Source: Octopus vulgaris (Eukaryota). Taken from it: a stretch of 64,000 bases of DNA. Below the pieces are notes generated by a model. That model did no database searches. It saw only the letters and a program-made list of their open reading frames with translations, and had not been told where the DNA came from. Of the stretch, positions 25,150 to 37,522 are shown one piece after another. Where the stretch lies: the NCBI GenBank assembly GCA_951406725.2, contig OX597817.1:155682001-155746000 (forward strand), read 5' to 3'. Within the stretch, counting starts at the first letter, position 1; the number at the start of each line of letters is the position of its first letter. Both the position numbers and the translations under genes were made by a program.

Positions 25150-25463
25150 CACCTATATATATATATATATATCTGTACACTATAGCACATAAAAATTGTA
25201 CTATATACTTGTACTCTACAGTACATAGATATTGCACTTATAACTCTACATTGCAACTATTTATCTGTCTCTCTGTGAGTCCCTCCCACCCTCTATCTGT
25301 GTGTGAATATATATATATGTGTGTGTGTGTGTGTGTATGCATGTGTGTGTGAATATATATATATATGTGTGTGTGTGTGTGTATGTATATGTACGTTTTT
25401 GCCATGATAGATCACTAGCCACAACACATTCTTTATTTTCTCTCCTTGTTTCTTTCTGTGTTC

Positions 25464-25499
25464 CTTTCTGTGGAAGAGCATAGGCTCGAAACGTTAAAG
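25464..25499 (+). ncRNA. Family E hammerhead-like motif (CTGTGGA core)
   Basis: CTTT-CTGTGGA-a-GAGC atag GCTC-GAAAC-GTT-AAAG. Confidence 0.5.
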
Positions 25500-25778
25500 A
25501 CTTTTTCACTTCCCGAGCCTAAAACTAATACATCTGTTTGTTGTCTACACCACCTGTCTTTGTCTTTTGTTTTTTTGTGAATCCTCCCTATATGTATGCA
25601 TGTATGTATGTATGTATGTATGTATGTATGTATACACACACATATACATGTATATATATATATATATATTTATATATGTAACGATTTTGTATAAGAGATA
25701 AAATACCCTTTTTATCTACTGTACAATTATCTGAAACATATGTATTTTAATGCATTCAGTAAATCATTATTTGTTTGA

Positions 25779-25820
<42 letters not shown>

Positions 25821-26093
25821 TATTTAATGTCTCTTGTCCATGCTGGCATGGGTTGGGCAGTTTGACCAGAGCTGGCAAGCTGAAGGGGCTGCACCAGACT
25901 CCAGTCTGATTTGGCATGGTTTCTATGGCTGGGTGCTTTTATGTGGCACTGCACAAGCACTTAGAAAAACGCCCCCTGTCCAATGGACGGTGCTGAGTTG
26001 TCAAACATTTAAACCAAATTTTCTCAAAACAACTTTTCCAACCGTCCCATAGGCCTCCCCTTTGAGAAACACTGATTTAACCTAAATTTGAGA

Positions 26094-26777
26094 CACCAGC
26101 AAAAGAAGAAATAAAGATAGACTTTTTTTTATTCCAAAGAAAAACGATTTTATTCACACAAATATGCAACCGAAGAGTTTAAAGTACGAGTAATGATAAG
26201 GCTGTTGACTGGGAGAACACAAATATGGTTTAAACAGTAAGCTTGGCAGGAAAAAAATGTGCCTTTAAGCAGTACAAAAAGAACAAAAAATGGAAGGTGC
26301 GGTTATGTACAGGTTGACGGAAGAAAAGCAGGACAAAAACGATGCATGCAAATGGGTTAGCTGGAGGTATATCTAGATGGAAAAGCATGATGAATTTATG
26401 AGAACGTACCTGGGACAATAATAAGTTTATCCGATGAAACATGTAGGAAATCAACTTGGGGCGATTTTTGATGAAAAGGAACAACCTAGGGAACTAAGTA
26501 ACTAATTTTGAGCTAACTTACTTTACAGGATGTTCAAGGGCATGGAAAAGCTAGTGGCAACAGCTGATGTACTTACATGTACAAATGCACGTTCCCACGG
26601 CTTTATCGATCGCATTCTCACCTGGAATCGATTTTTGTAATTTTTTCAAGACTCATACACGCCCTGATACTGTCGGTATCTACATATCAAATTTGAGCGC
26701 AATCGGATGGAGGATGCCCGAGATCCTAGAAGACACACACACAGACAGAGAGACAGAATGGATTTCATATAATAGAT
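26094..26777 (-). mobile_element. Probable non-autonomous Helitron
   Basis: 5' TCTATTATAT start followed by (CTGT)/(GT) tract; CTGG 3' end; no clear 3' hairpin. Confidence 0.45.
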
Positions 26778-26926
26778 AATTGTATATATATATATCAGCC
26801 GAAATTGCGAAGATGATCCGGTTCTTGACTGAAGATCGAAGGCTTCGAATGACCCGTCTGTTTTTTTGTATCGTCTTCTAAATGTTTTGCGTTCTTGTCC
26901 CAGTTTGTGTTTTTTTACATTTATCC

Positions 26927-26958
<32 letters not shown>

Positions 26959-27188
26959 TATATATATATAATAGATTTTTTCAGTTTCAATTTTTACATT
27001 CTGCCATAAATGTAGATTTCTATCTGCTTAATCTCTTTTTGTTATCATATCTCTTTTGAAACACACTTTGCTTAATTAATTTAGAAAATAATGAAGAATT
27101 TTGGTGAAATAATTTTGTCATTATTGAGCTGGCGTTTGGAACATAAACTGACATGATATTTCGATGGAAGGTTTTGATTTAGATCACT

Positions 27189-27418
27189 TTAATCCTTTAG
27201 CATTCAAACCGGTTATATCCGGCCAAAAGTATTCTGCCTGTTTTATGTTCAAACTGGCCAGATCTGGTCTCTCACACCAACCCTACAATATCGCTTTAAA
27301 AATTAACAGCTACCTCATCAAAATCTCATGGCTACAAGATTAATGCATGATTAGTTCAAAACAATTTGGATAAAAAAGCATTGATTTTGGTAGAATAATG
27401 CGAACACTAAAGGGTTAA
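27189..27418. mobile_element. TTAA MITE (piggyBac-like), nested in a second MITE at ~27030-27482
   Basis: TTAAtCCTTTAG...CTAAAGGGTTAA; inverted homologue of 33930 and 57314 copies. Confidence 0.8.
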
Positions 27419-27929
27419 GACATGAAATTTGTATCCTGCAACCAAGGGCTGTTTTGAAGGAGGATAATATCAAAAGAATTAAGTGGCATGTTAAATTCAA
27501 TGTGTTTAAACATCACTTGTTCATTTCTAAAAGTTTGTAATTACAGTTTGAAATGGTACAGTAATTCATACAAATTAACAGTTTTTAATTACAACATTAA
27601 TTGTAATAAAGTGCTGTAGAAGAAGCACCATACATATGATCTGGAATTAAATTTCCTTCTGTACTACATGGGAAGTTTGAAAGAAAATGTTGGCAGTTTT
27701 AAAAATAGCTGAAATCATCATATGTATATTGGCAGGAAAAGGTACAGCAATTTAACATTACATTCAACTTAGGCATGTCTTATATTAACACCAGCTGAAT
27801 TGGTTTTGTTTAAAGAGATGTGAGCAGCTTGCTTCTCTTGTGTTTTGTTGGGACAAGAGAGTAAAAGTTTTGAATTCCTCTTCAAATAACCAGTGCCTGA
27901 CTGAAAGGTACTGTTTTCCTATACATACA

Positions 27930-27973
<44 letters not shown>

Positions 27974-28249
27974 TATGTGCCTTCGAAACATGGAGTAGAT
28001 GAAACAGGGACAACTGATGAAGGGGAATATTCTTTATGTTGCATGTCTCATTTCTCTGTTTGTTTTTTGCATTGTTCGAAAAAAAGGTTATTTTTATGTT
28101 ATCGTTTCTCATTGTGTTCAATGTTTTTTTGATGTCCTGTACCCTTATATGCATGCATATATACATATATATGTAGGTATGTTCATATATGTATGTATAT
28201 ATGCATATATTTATACATTATTTATATTATGTATGTATACATATATCAT

Positions 28250-28500
28250 GCTGGTGACACACAATAGACACCTGTACCAGTGACATGCAAAAGGTACCCA
28301 TACAGGTGATAGCTTCAAGGCACCCAGTACATTCTGTGGAGTGGTTGGCATTAGAAAGGACATCCAACCTTAGAAACCAAGCCAAAAGAGACTGGAACCT
28401 GGTGCAGCTCTCCAGCTTACCAGTTACAGTCAAACCCTCTGACCCATGCCAGCATGGAAAGCGGACGTGAAATGGTGATGAGCATGATGATAATGATGCT
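28250..28500 (+). mobile_element. RTE 3' end
   Basis: Similarity. Confidence 0.75.
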
Positions 28501-28533
28501 GCTGCTGCTGATATGTGAGTGTGTGTGTGTGTG

Positions 28534-28940
28534 TGTGGCTGTGTGGTAAGTAACTTGCTAACCAGCCACATGGTTCCGGGTTCAGTCCCACTGCGTGGCA
28601 TCTTGGGCAAGTGGCTTCTGCTATAGCCCCGGGCCGACCAAAGCCTTGTGAGTGGATTTGGTAGACGGAAACTGAAAGAAGCCTGTTGTATATATGTATA
28701 TATATATGTGTGTGTGTGTGCGCTTGTGTGTCTGTGTTTGTCCCCCTAGCATTGCTTGACAACCGATGCTGGTGTGTTTACGTCCCCGTCACTTAGCGGT
28801 TCGGCAAAAGAGACCGATAGAATAAGTACTGGGCTTACAAAGAATAAGTCCCGGGGTCAATTTGCTCGACTAAAGGCGGTGCTCCAGCATGGCTGCAGTC
28901 AAATGACTGAAACAAGTAAAAGAGTAAAAGAGTAAAGAGT
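28534..28940 (+). mobile_element. SINE-A near full length
   Basis: Matches other copies. Confidence 0.9.
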
Positions 28941-29034
28941 ATATATATATATATATATATATACTTTCCATTTTCTATTTTCTTTCCTCCACCTCACTCT
29001 CTATTTTACTATTACTTAACCATCCTCTCACATC

Positions 29035-29086
29035 ATCTCCGATGAAAGGATATAATTAATAAATATCCTGGAAACAGCTGTAAGAT
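29035..29086 (+). ncRNA. Type I hammerhead motif (U4C)
   Basis: ATCT-CCGATGA-a-AGGATAT/ATATCCT-g-GAAAC-AGCT-GTA-AGAT. Confidence 0.6.
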
Positions 29087-29471
29087 CATCTATTTCTCTT
29101 GGTTTTTAAGTTGTTTTTTAAGTTGGTTTTTAAGTACTGGGCTTACAAAGTCCTGGGGGTCGATTTGCTCGACTAAAAGGCGGTGCTCCAGCATGGCCGC
29201 AGTCAAATGACTGAAACAAGTAAAAGAGTAAAAGAGTATTATACAATGTATAGAGACTTTACAATTTATCTGGGTATACTCTGTACTGTTTAGCAAGTAT
29301 AACATCTATGTAGCTTGACACAGCATCACATATAGACTGTATTATTTAACCTTTAGTTTCCACACAGTGGTATATTATTAGAAAGTTTGAGATCTTGTGT
29401 TCTAGAGTGTTCTTTTAAAAGCTTGTATATGTTTCGTGTGTTCATTGGCATTTGGACATGTACAGGAATGA

Positions 29472-29505
<34 letters not shown>

Positions 29506-29652
29506 TTGAGTGATACCGAGTTTGTATTGTGTGTTAGGAGTTTGTGAGAATATGTGTGTGTGTGTACAATTCAGTTTAAGAATGTTTATATGAATGTATA
29601 TGCGTGTGCATGTGTTTAATGTTTTTTCTCTTCTCTCTTTCTCTCTCACTAT

Positions 29653-29690
<38 letters not shown>

Positions 29691-29809
29691 ACATACATAC
29701 ACACACAAATATATACATACACATACACACTCATACACACATATATATACAGACATATAGATATATATACTCATATTTATGTGTCTATATATATGTATAG
29801 ATATATATA

Positions 29810-29849
<40 letters not shown>

Positions 29850-29939
29850 CACACACACACATATATATATACAGACATATAGAGATATATACTCATATTT
29901 ATGTGTCTACATATATGTCTATATATATATATGTGTGTG

Positions 29940-29986
<47 letters not shown>

Positions 29987-30046
29987 TGTATATATATATA
30001 TATGTATATATGTATATATATATATGTATGCATGTATGTATATATG

Positions 30047-30110
<64 letters not shown>

Positions 30111-30988
30111 TATTAAAACAACAATTCTTAAGAGCCTAGTCTTGTTTTTTAGAACTTGCCAAAGATGAACATATACATGTACACACATTTGTGTGCACAC
30201 ACACATGCACACACCCACATGTACACACACACGTACATGCACATTTACAAGTACAATGCTGCATATAATCTATATACATACTGTATACCCCTGTGTATAT
30301 ATGCAAAAATTTAAAAACAACAGAATTGCAATGTTAAGGCTATCTACAACAACTAAATTAATGCTGATGTAATTTTTAAATGAATATATGCTTATGTGTG
30401 TATAAATGTGTGTAGACACTGTATATATTACAGAAGTCAGAATGACATTAATGAAAGTAAGAAAGCCATAAGGTTATATGTCAGTAAAAGCTAATTTTGT
30501 ATGAGAAAACTACAGAAATTATTGATCATACAATATTGAATATTGTTGGCAACTGCCTGGTAATGCGCCTAATATGGATGTATGTGTATATGCATATATG
30601 TATAGGTGTGTGTGTATGTGTGTATGTGTGTGTATCTGCATGTGTGTTTGGGTGGGCAGGTGGGTGTTTGTTGTCAAACTGAAATTACTCACTGAGACTT
30701 CTCAGAGAGTGAGCTCAGAACTAGAGTGAATGTTTACACTCTACTTTTGTATTGAGTACTTTTTCGCTTGATTAAACTCAAGAGCAACACCCAACTATGT
30801 ATGCATGCATGTGTGTATGTGGACTACACCCATTTTTTTCTCTCCTTGTTTTTTCTGTGTACCTTTCTGTAAAAGAGCGTAGGCTCGAAATGTAAAAGAC
30901 ATTTTCTATTTCTGAGCGCTATACTAATACATCTGTTTGTTTTGTACACTACCTGCCTTCGTCTTTTGTTTATTTTCGTAAACTTTCC

Positions 30989-31065
<77 letters not shown>

Positions 31066-31167
31066 ATTTATAATATATATATATACACGTGTATGTATGT
31101 ATATATATATATATATATATGGGAGAGTATTGTAGTTCGCTTGAAGCATTGTGTATTGTTTGTAAAG

Positions 31168-31409
31168 AATAAAAAGTTTTGAATGGTACAACAATGCACT
31201 ATAATACAAAAGATGGACTATATACCTGTAGTAATTTAGTTATCTATAGATCGAAGATATTTCAGAATAAAATTGCTTCTTCAGATATTCTTAGATGGAG
31301 TCGCTGCTATAATCGGTTTTCCAATGGATTATGGATAACTAAATTATAATAGGTATATAGTCCATTTTTTGTATTATAGTGCATTGTTGTACCATCAAAA
31401 CTTTTTATT
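31168..31409. repeat. ~80-bp inverted repeat enclosing a degenerate minus-strand HHR core
   Basis: Arms 31168-31248 and 31330-31409; CTGAAGA 31284-31278, GAAA 31263-31260. Confidence 0.75.
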
Positions 31410-32307
31410 TTGTGAAGACCTGATGAGGCAAGTGAGAATCAGAATCGAAATCGATCAATGGAAATTGCAGCTGAGTTACCAGTGCCGGTGGCACGTGAGA
31501 GAACCATCCGAACGTGGCCGTTGCCAGTGCCGCCCCGACTGGCCTTGTGCTGGTGGCATGTAAAAAGCACCATCCGTTCGTGGCCGTTTGCCAGACTCGT
31601 CTGGCATGTAAAAAGCACCTACTACACTCACGGAGTGGTTGGCGTTAGGAAAGGCATCCAGCCGTAGAAACATTGCCAGATCAAACTGGGCCTGGTGCAG
31701 CCTTCTGGCTTCCCAGACCCCAGTTGAACCGTCCAACCCATGCTAGCATGGAAAGCGGACACTGAACGATGATGATGATGATGATGATATATATATGTGT
31801 GTGTGTGTATCGCTGATGTGGCCGATGACAGTACTGCCTGATTGGCACTTGCGCCAGTGGGACATTATAAGCACATCCAAGTGTGATCGTTGCCAGGGCC
31901 TCGGATTAGCTCCTGTGCTGGTGGCACATGAAAAGCACCATTCGAGCATGATCATTGCCAGTGTTGCCTTACCAGTACGTGTACCGGTGGCATGTAGAAA
32001 AACAACATTCAAGCGTGGTTGTTGCCAATGCCACTGGACTGGCTCCTGTGCAGGTAGCACGTAAAAAACATCTTCTGAGTGTGGTTGTTGCCAGAACCAC
32101 CTGACTGGCCCTCGTGCCGGTGTCACATAAAAGCACCCATTACACTCTCGGAGTGGTTGGCATTAGGAAGGGTATCCAGCTGTAGAAACGTTGCCAGATC
32201 AGATTGAGCCTGGTGCAGCCTTCTGGCTCACCAGTCATTCAGTCAAACCATCCAACTCATGCCAGCATAGAAAGCGGACGTTAAATGATGAAGATGATAA
32301 TGATGAT
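31410..32307 (+). mobile_element. Two tandem RTE 3' ends (31410-31787, ~31810-32307)
   Basis: 3'UTR units and (GAT)n tails. Confidence 0.85.
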
Positions 32308-32707
32308 ATACACACATATATATAAAAAGCATGTGCATTTTCTGCAATGAATTGGGAAGTGGTGATGAGTGACAATTCTGTAAACAATAATAATATTTTA
32401 TAAGCTTAAAGCTCATAAAATATTATTATTATTATAATGTATAATGCAGTATATTTAAGAGACCAAAAAAGTAAGATGCAAAAGAGATATTTTCTTCAAA
32501 CTTGGCATGAAGGAAGGAAAGACTATTTGGTTTCTCAGGAATTTTTTGCCTTAACTTCGTTTAACAAAACCAAAAATTTTATTGAAAGAAAGGCATGCTT
32601 AATTATTTTTTAATGAAAAGAAAACACTGATTGCTTTTTATTCAGCAGATATGATTCAGCACCGTCCATTGGACGGGGTGGGGGGGCGTTTTGCTCGTAT
32701 ATATATA

Positions 32708-33115
32708 TTCTTTTATTCTTTTACCTGTTTCAGTCATTTGACTGCGGCCATGCTGGAGCACCGCCTTTAATCGAGCAACTCGACCCCGGGACTTATTCTT
32801 TTTGTAAGCCCAGTACTTATTCTATCGGTCCTTTTTGCCGAACCGCTAAGTAACGGGGACATTAAACACACCAGCATCGGTTGTCAAGTAATGCTAGGGG
32901 GACAAACACAGACACACAAACACACACACGCATATATATATATATATATATACGACAGGCTTCTTTCAGTTTCCGTCTACCAAATCCACTCACAAGGCTT
33001 TGGTCGGCCCGAGGCTATAGTAGAAGACACTTGCCCAAGGTGCCACACAGTGGGACTGAACCTGGAACCATGTGGTTGGTAAACAAGCTACTTACCACAC
33101 AGCCACTTATGCGCC
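32708..33115 (-). mobile_element. SINE-A full length
   Basis: Matches other copies. Confidence 0.9.
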
Positions 33116-33160
<45 letters not shown>

Positions 33161-33424
33161 ACATATCCATATATGCACACACACATAATCATCATCATCA
33201 TCATCATCATCATTATCATTGTTTTCCATACTAGTATGGGTTGGATAGTTTGACAAGAAGCTGGCAAGTCAGAAGACTGTGTCAAGCTTGACTGTCTGCT
33301 TTGGCATGGTTTCTTCAGCTGGAGGACCTTCTTTACGTATTATACATAAAGCTAAAACAATGCAAAAGTGCATTGTAACAACATCTGATAACCTGGTCGG
33401 TCATGTGATCACATGATCATATAT

Positions 33425-33647
33425 ATCATCATCATCATCATCATCATCATTATCATCATCATCGTTTAACGCCCGCTTTCTATGCTAGCATGTGTTGGAC
33501 AATTTGACTGAGGGCTGGCGAACCAGATGGCTGCGCCAGGCTCCAATCTTGATCTGGCAGATTTTCTACAGCTGGATGCCCTTCCTAACGCCAACCACTC
33601 CAAGAGTGTAGTGGATGCTTTTACGTGCCACTGGCACGGGGGCCGCT

Positions 33648-33650
<3 letters not shown>
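33425..33650 (-). mobile_element. RTE 3' end
   Basis: Similarity. Confidence 0.8.
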
Positions 33651-33696
<46 letters not shown>

Positions 33697-33929
33697 CCTG
33701 CCACATATATATGTATGAGTGAGCTAACAAACAAAAGAAAGAGGTACTCAACACATTTGATTCAGTTACACATGACTCAAAGTTTTGTGGGCATGTAGGG
33801 CACGTCCACCTTAAAACCTACTAGCTATTTTGAATTTCTCCCACACTACTCCTCACAGCTTCTGATGAGACGGACATGTCCTAAGCATCCACAAAACTTT
33901 AAATCATGTGGAGCTGAGACAAACTATTA

Positions 33930-34158
33930 TTAACCCTGTAGCCTTCAGATTACTCTGTCGAATGTAATGCATTTTATTCACGTTGTTTTTGAATTAATCA
34001 CGCATTGTCTCATTGCTTTGAAATTTTGATGAAGTAATTGATAATTTTTAAAACAACAATGTAGGGTTGGTGTGAGAGGACAGATCTGGTCAGTTTGAAC
34101 ATAAAACAGGCAGAATACTTTTGGCCGGATATGGCCGGTTTAAATGCTAAAGGGTTAA
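33930..34158. mobile_element. TTAA MITE
   Basis: TTAACCCT...AGGGTTAA termini. Confidence 0.85.
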
Positions 34159-34306
34159 ATATATATCTACACATATACACACATACATACATACATGCAC
34201 ACATACATACATACATACATACACACATACATACATACATACATACACACATACATACATACATACATGCATGCATACATACATACATACATGCATACAT
34301 ACATAC

Positions 34307-34337
<31 letters not shown>

Positions 34338-34404
34338 CATACATACATACATACATACATACATACATACATACATACATACATACATACATACATACAT
34401 ACAT

Positions 34405-34642
34405 GATGGCTGCTCCCTCATTATCGAGTATGGCCATTGCACGAAGCTTAACTGTTTCTGGTGCTGTGATTGAATGTGACTTTTTAGCCCAGCTAAAGAT
34501 CTACAATGTCTTGTACAGAATTGGCAACTAATACCTTTACCGGTAATAGCCGACTGTAGTTGTAACTGGGCTTCATGTACCTTTGCATGTCGTTTAAGTC
34601 CTCCTGCCGAATTACACTCTCTTCCACATGCCTGACAGACAT
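34405..34642 (-). mobile_element. Retroelement 3' fragment encoding two C2H2 zinc fingers, in (ATGT)n
   Basis: CQACGRECNSAGGLKRHAKVH and CQFCTRHCRSLAGLKSHIQSQH. Confidence 0.6.
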
Positions 34643-34921
34643 ACATTACATACATACATACATACGTACATACATATATACATACATACATACATACATA
34701 CATACATACATACATACATACATACATACACACACACATACTTATATATTTGAGTAGTAGAATGAATTATCTTGTTATGGATAATTCATAACATACATAC
34801 AAATTCACATCAGAGAAGACACGTTTGAAGTTACGTGCTTTCGTGTGAAATTTGTATGTTTTTTTAAAATATAAATATATGAAAGAATGGAGTTGAACGA
34901 CAAATTAACAAAATTCCTTTA

Positions 34922-35004
34922 TTTTCGACATATGTTTCGAAGGCTGCATATTCCTAATTGCGAAGGAATAAGGAGTATATTATGCCATTTTCTCATCAGG
35001 AAAA
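34922..35004 (-). ncRNA. Type I hammerhead ribozyme, intact core
   Basis: TTTTC-CTGATGA-GAA..TTC-GAAAC-ATAT-GTC-GAAAA. Confidence 0.75.
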
Positions 35005-35184
35005 GATTATTGCTATGGGCTCCGTGTGAACAGTCATCATAAATACATACTTGATACATAAGTTCCTTGCTTTTCATGAGATACATAATATACATACTTA
35101 TTCATTTGCAATTAGATATGCATACATATGTCGAAAATAAAATAAAGGACATTTTGTTACATCATTGTTCAACTCCATTCATAT

Positions 35185-35215
35185 ATTTATATACATACAT
35201 ACATATATACATACA

Positions 35216-35249
<34 letters not shown>

Positions 35250-35560
35250 CATACATACATACATACATACATACATACTTATATACATACATACATACAT
35301 ACATACATACATACTTATATACATACATACATACATACATACATACATACTTATATACATACATACATACATACTTATATACATACATACATGCATGCAT
35401 GCATGCATGCATACATACATACATACATACATACATACATACATACATACATACATACATACTTATATACATACATACACACATACATACACATACATAC
35501 ATACATACATATATACTTATATACATACATACATACATACACACACACATACATACATAC

Positions 35561-35591
<31 letters not shown>

Positions 35592-35838
35592 CATACATAC
35601 ATACATGCATGCATGCATACATACACACATACACACATACATACACACATATATACATACATACATACATACATGCATGCATGCATGCATACATACATAC
35701 ATACATACATACATACATACATACATACATACATGCATACATACATGCATACATACATACATACATACATACGTACATACATACAAACATACATAATTAT
35801 ATACATACACACATACATACATACATACATACATACAT
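35185..35838. repeat. (CATA)n microsatellite
   Basis: Direct inspection. Confidence 0.95.
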
Positions 35839-36451
35839 AACTGATGAAATACTTTGCTGTAACTCTTATTCTATCATGCTTAAATAGGAATGAAAAATAT
35901 CAAGTTTCAAGTATTTCATCGATTTGGGGTATAAGAATACATCTAAGTTTCACTGCAAAGTATTTCTTTACTCACATACCATGCCTGGCCATTTCTGCAA
36001 GTCCTATATATTGACAGTCCTGTACTGAATACTCTAGAAATTGCTTTACTTAATGAGTTGCTCAGAAGCTTTGCTAAAATTGTGTCAACTTCACCCATTC
36101 CCGTGGTGTTACCTACTCCAAAAAAGTTTGTAATTTTGTCCCTTGTCTACGAGGAATCTGGCGAAGGTGCCCCTCCATCTCACAACTCGTATGCAGTATA
36201 CATCTACACTCCTCAATTCTAGCTCAATTCTAGCATTTCTTACAGTCTCTGTAATCTACCTTTCATCATGCCAACTTTAATGGTAGCAGCCCTAAATTTC
36301 TGAATGGGAAAGAGTTTCTGGTGGTGGTGGTGGTAGTGGTGGAGGTGGTGCTGGTGGGTAAGACGTTTGATGTCAGTCTGCACCTGAAAGAAAAGACTCT
36401 CTATGTGTGTCTATATGCACACACACACACACACACACACTCACACACACA

Positions 36452-36485
<34 letters not shown>

Positions 36486-36563
36486 TTTATATTCATATTT
36501 ATAGTTATATCTATATGTGTATATGTGTATGTATGTGTACGTGCTGTACCTATATGCATGTGT

Positions 36564-36619
<56 letters not shown>

Positions 36620-36663
36620 ACAATGGAAAAACAGAGTACAGGACAAACAATACAAGGAAAATT

Positions 36664-36724
36664 CCCCTTCATCAGCTGCCCCTGGTTCGCCTCAATGTGT
36701 GTTTCAAAGGTAAGGGCAGAACAC
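36664..36724 (-). ncRNA. Hammerhead ribozyme motif, non-circularly permuted strand order
   Basis: GTGT-T cut site-CTGCCCTT-a-CCTTT-GAAACAC-15 nt-AGGGGCAG-CTGATGA-AGGGG; stems III 4 bp, I 8 bp, II 5 bp. Confidence 0.7.
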
Positions 36725-37304
36725 GACCTGGTCGAAGCAGTCCTTCCTGCAAAAGGAATTAAATAAAATTCTTTTGCAGAGGGGTAAGTATGCAAATGCA
36801 TACGATAAATGTTATCATTACATCCTGCTGGAATCGGCTGAGTCTTTCATCTGTCTCTGGGGATTGATTAAATACATACCAGCAATAAAACTATGGCTGG
36901 TTCATTCAATACTACTTTTTCCTTCCCAATTATAATTACTGATCAATATTCAATATTAAATATTTATAGATAATAAATTAAAACTGAAATAGACCATAAC
37001 CATTGATGAGGATTGAACCAGGTCAGACAACATCTGAACCTTAGTTTGAAAGAAGGGAATGTGATCTCCCTGAATTGTAAATGTTACCATCATCCATTAG
37101 TACACTGTAGATCAGTGTATTTTATTCATTTCTTAAACTGAATATCTGCCTACCTGCCTGCCTGCTAGTCTGTCTGTCTGTCTATCTATCTATTTATCTA
37201 TCTATCTATGTTTTTGTTTTTATGTTTTCGTTTCTCATTGTGTTTTTTTATGTTCTGTGCCCATATATGCATGCATATATACATATATTTGTAGGTATGT
37301 ACAT

Positions 37305-37486
37305 GTCTGGCACGTGTGTTGGTGGCACATAAAATCACCCACTACACTCTCGGAGTGGTTGGCGTTAGGAAGGGCATCCAGCTGTAGAAACACTGCCAGA
37401 TCTGACTGGCCTGGTGCAGCCTTCGGGCTTGCCAGACCCCAGTTGAACCGTCCAACCCATGCTAGCATGGAAAGCGGACGTTAAAC

Positions 37487-37522
<36 letters not shown>
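37305..37522 (+). mobile_element. RTE 3' end
   Basis: Similarity. Confidence 0.85.

Noticed and set aside
34790-34860. Type II hammerhead in a minus-strand hairpin
   Set aside because: Core reads CTGATGT, no room for stem I and no A15.1-U16.1 pair; only the hairpin is real.
31419-35846. Isolated CTGATGA at 31419, 33862 and 35841
   Set aside because: No correctly placed GAAA or stems; 31419 is a variant of the RTE UTR CTGTTGA.
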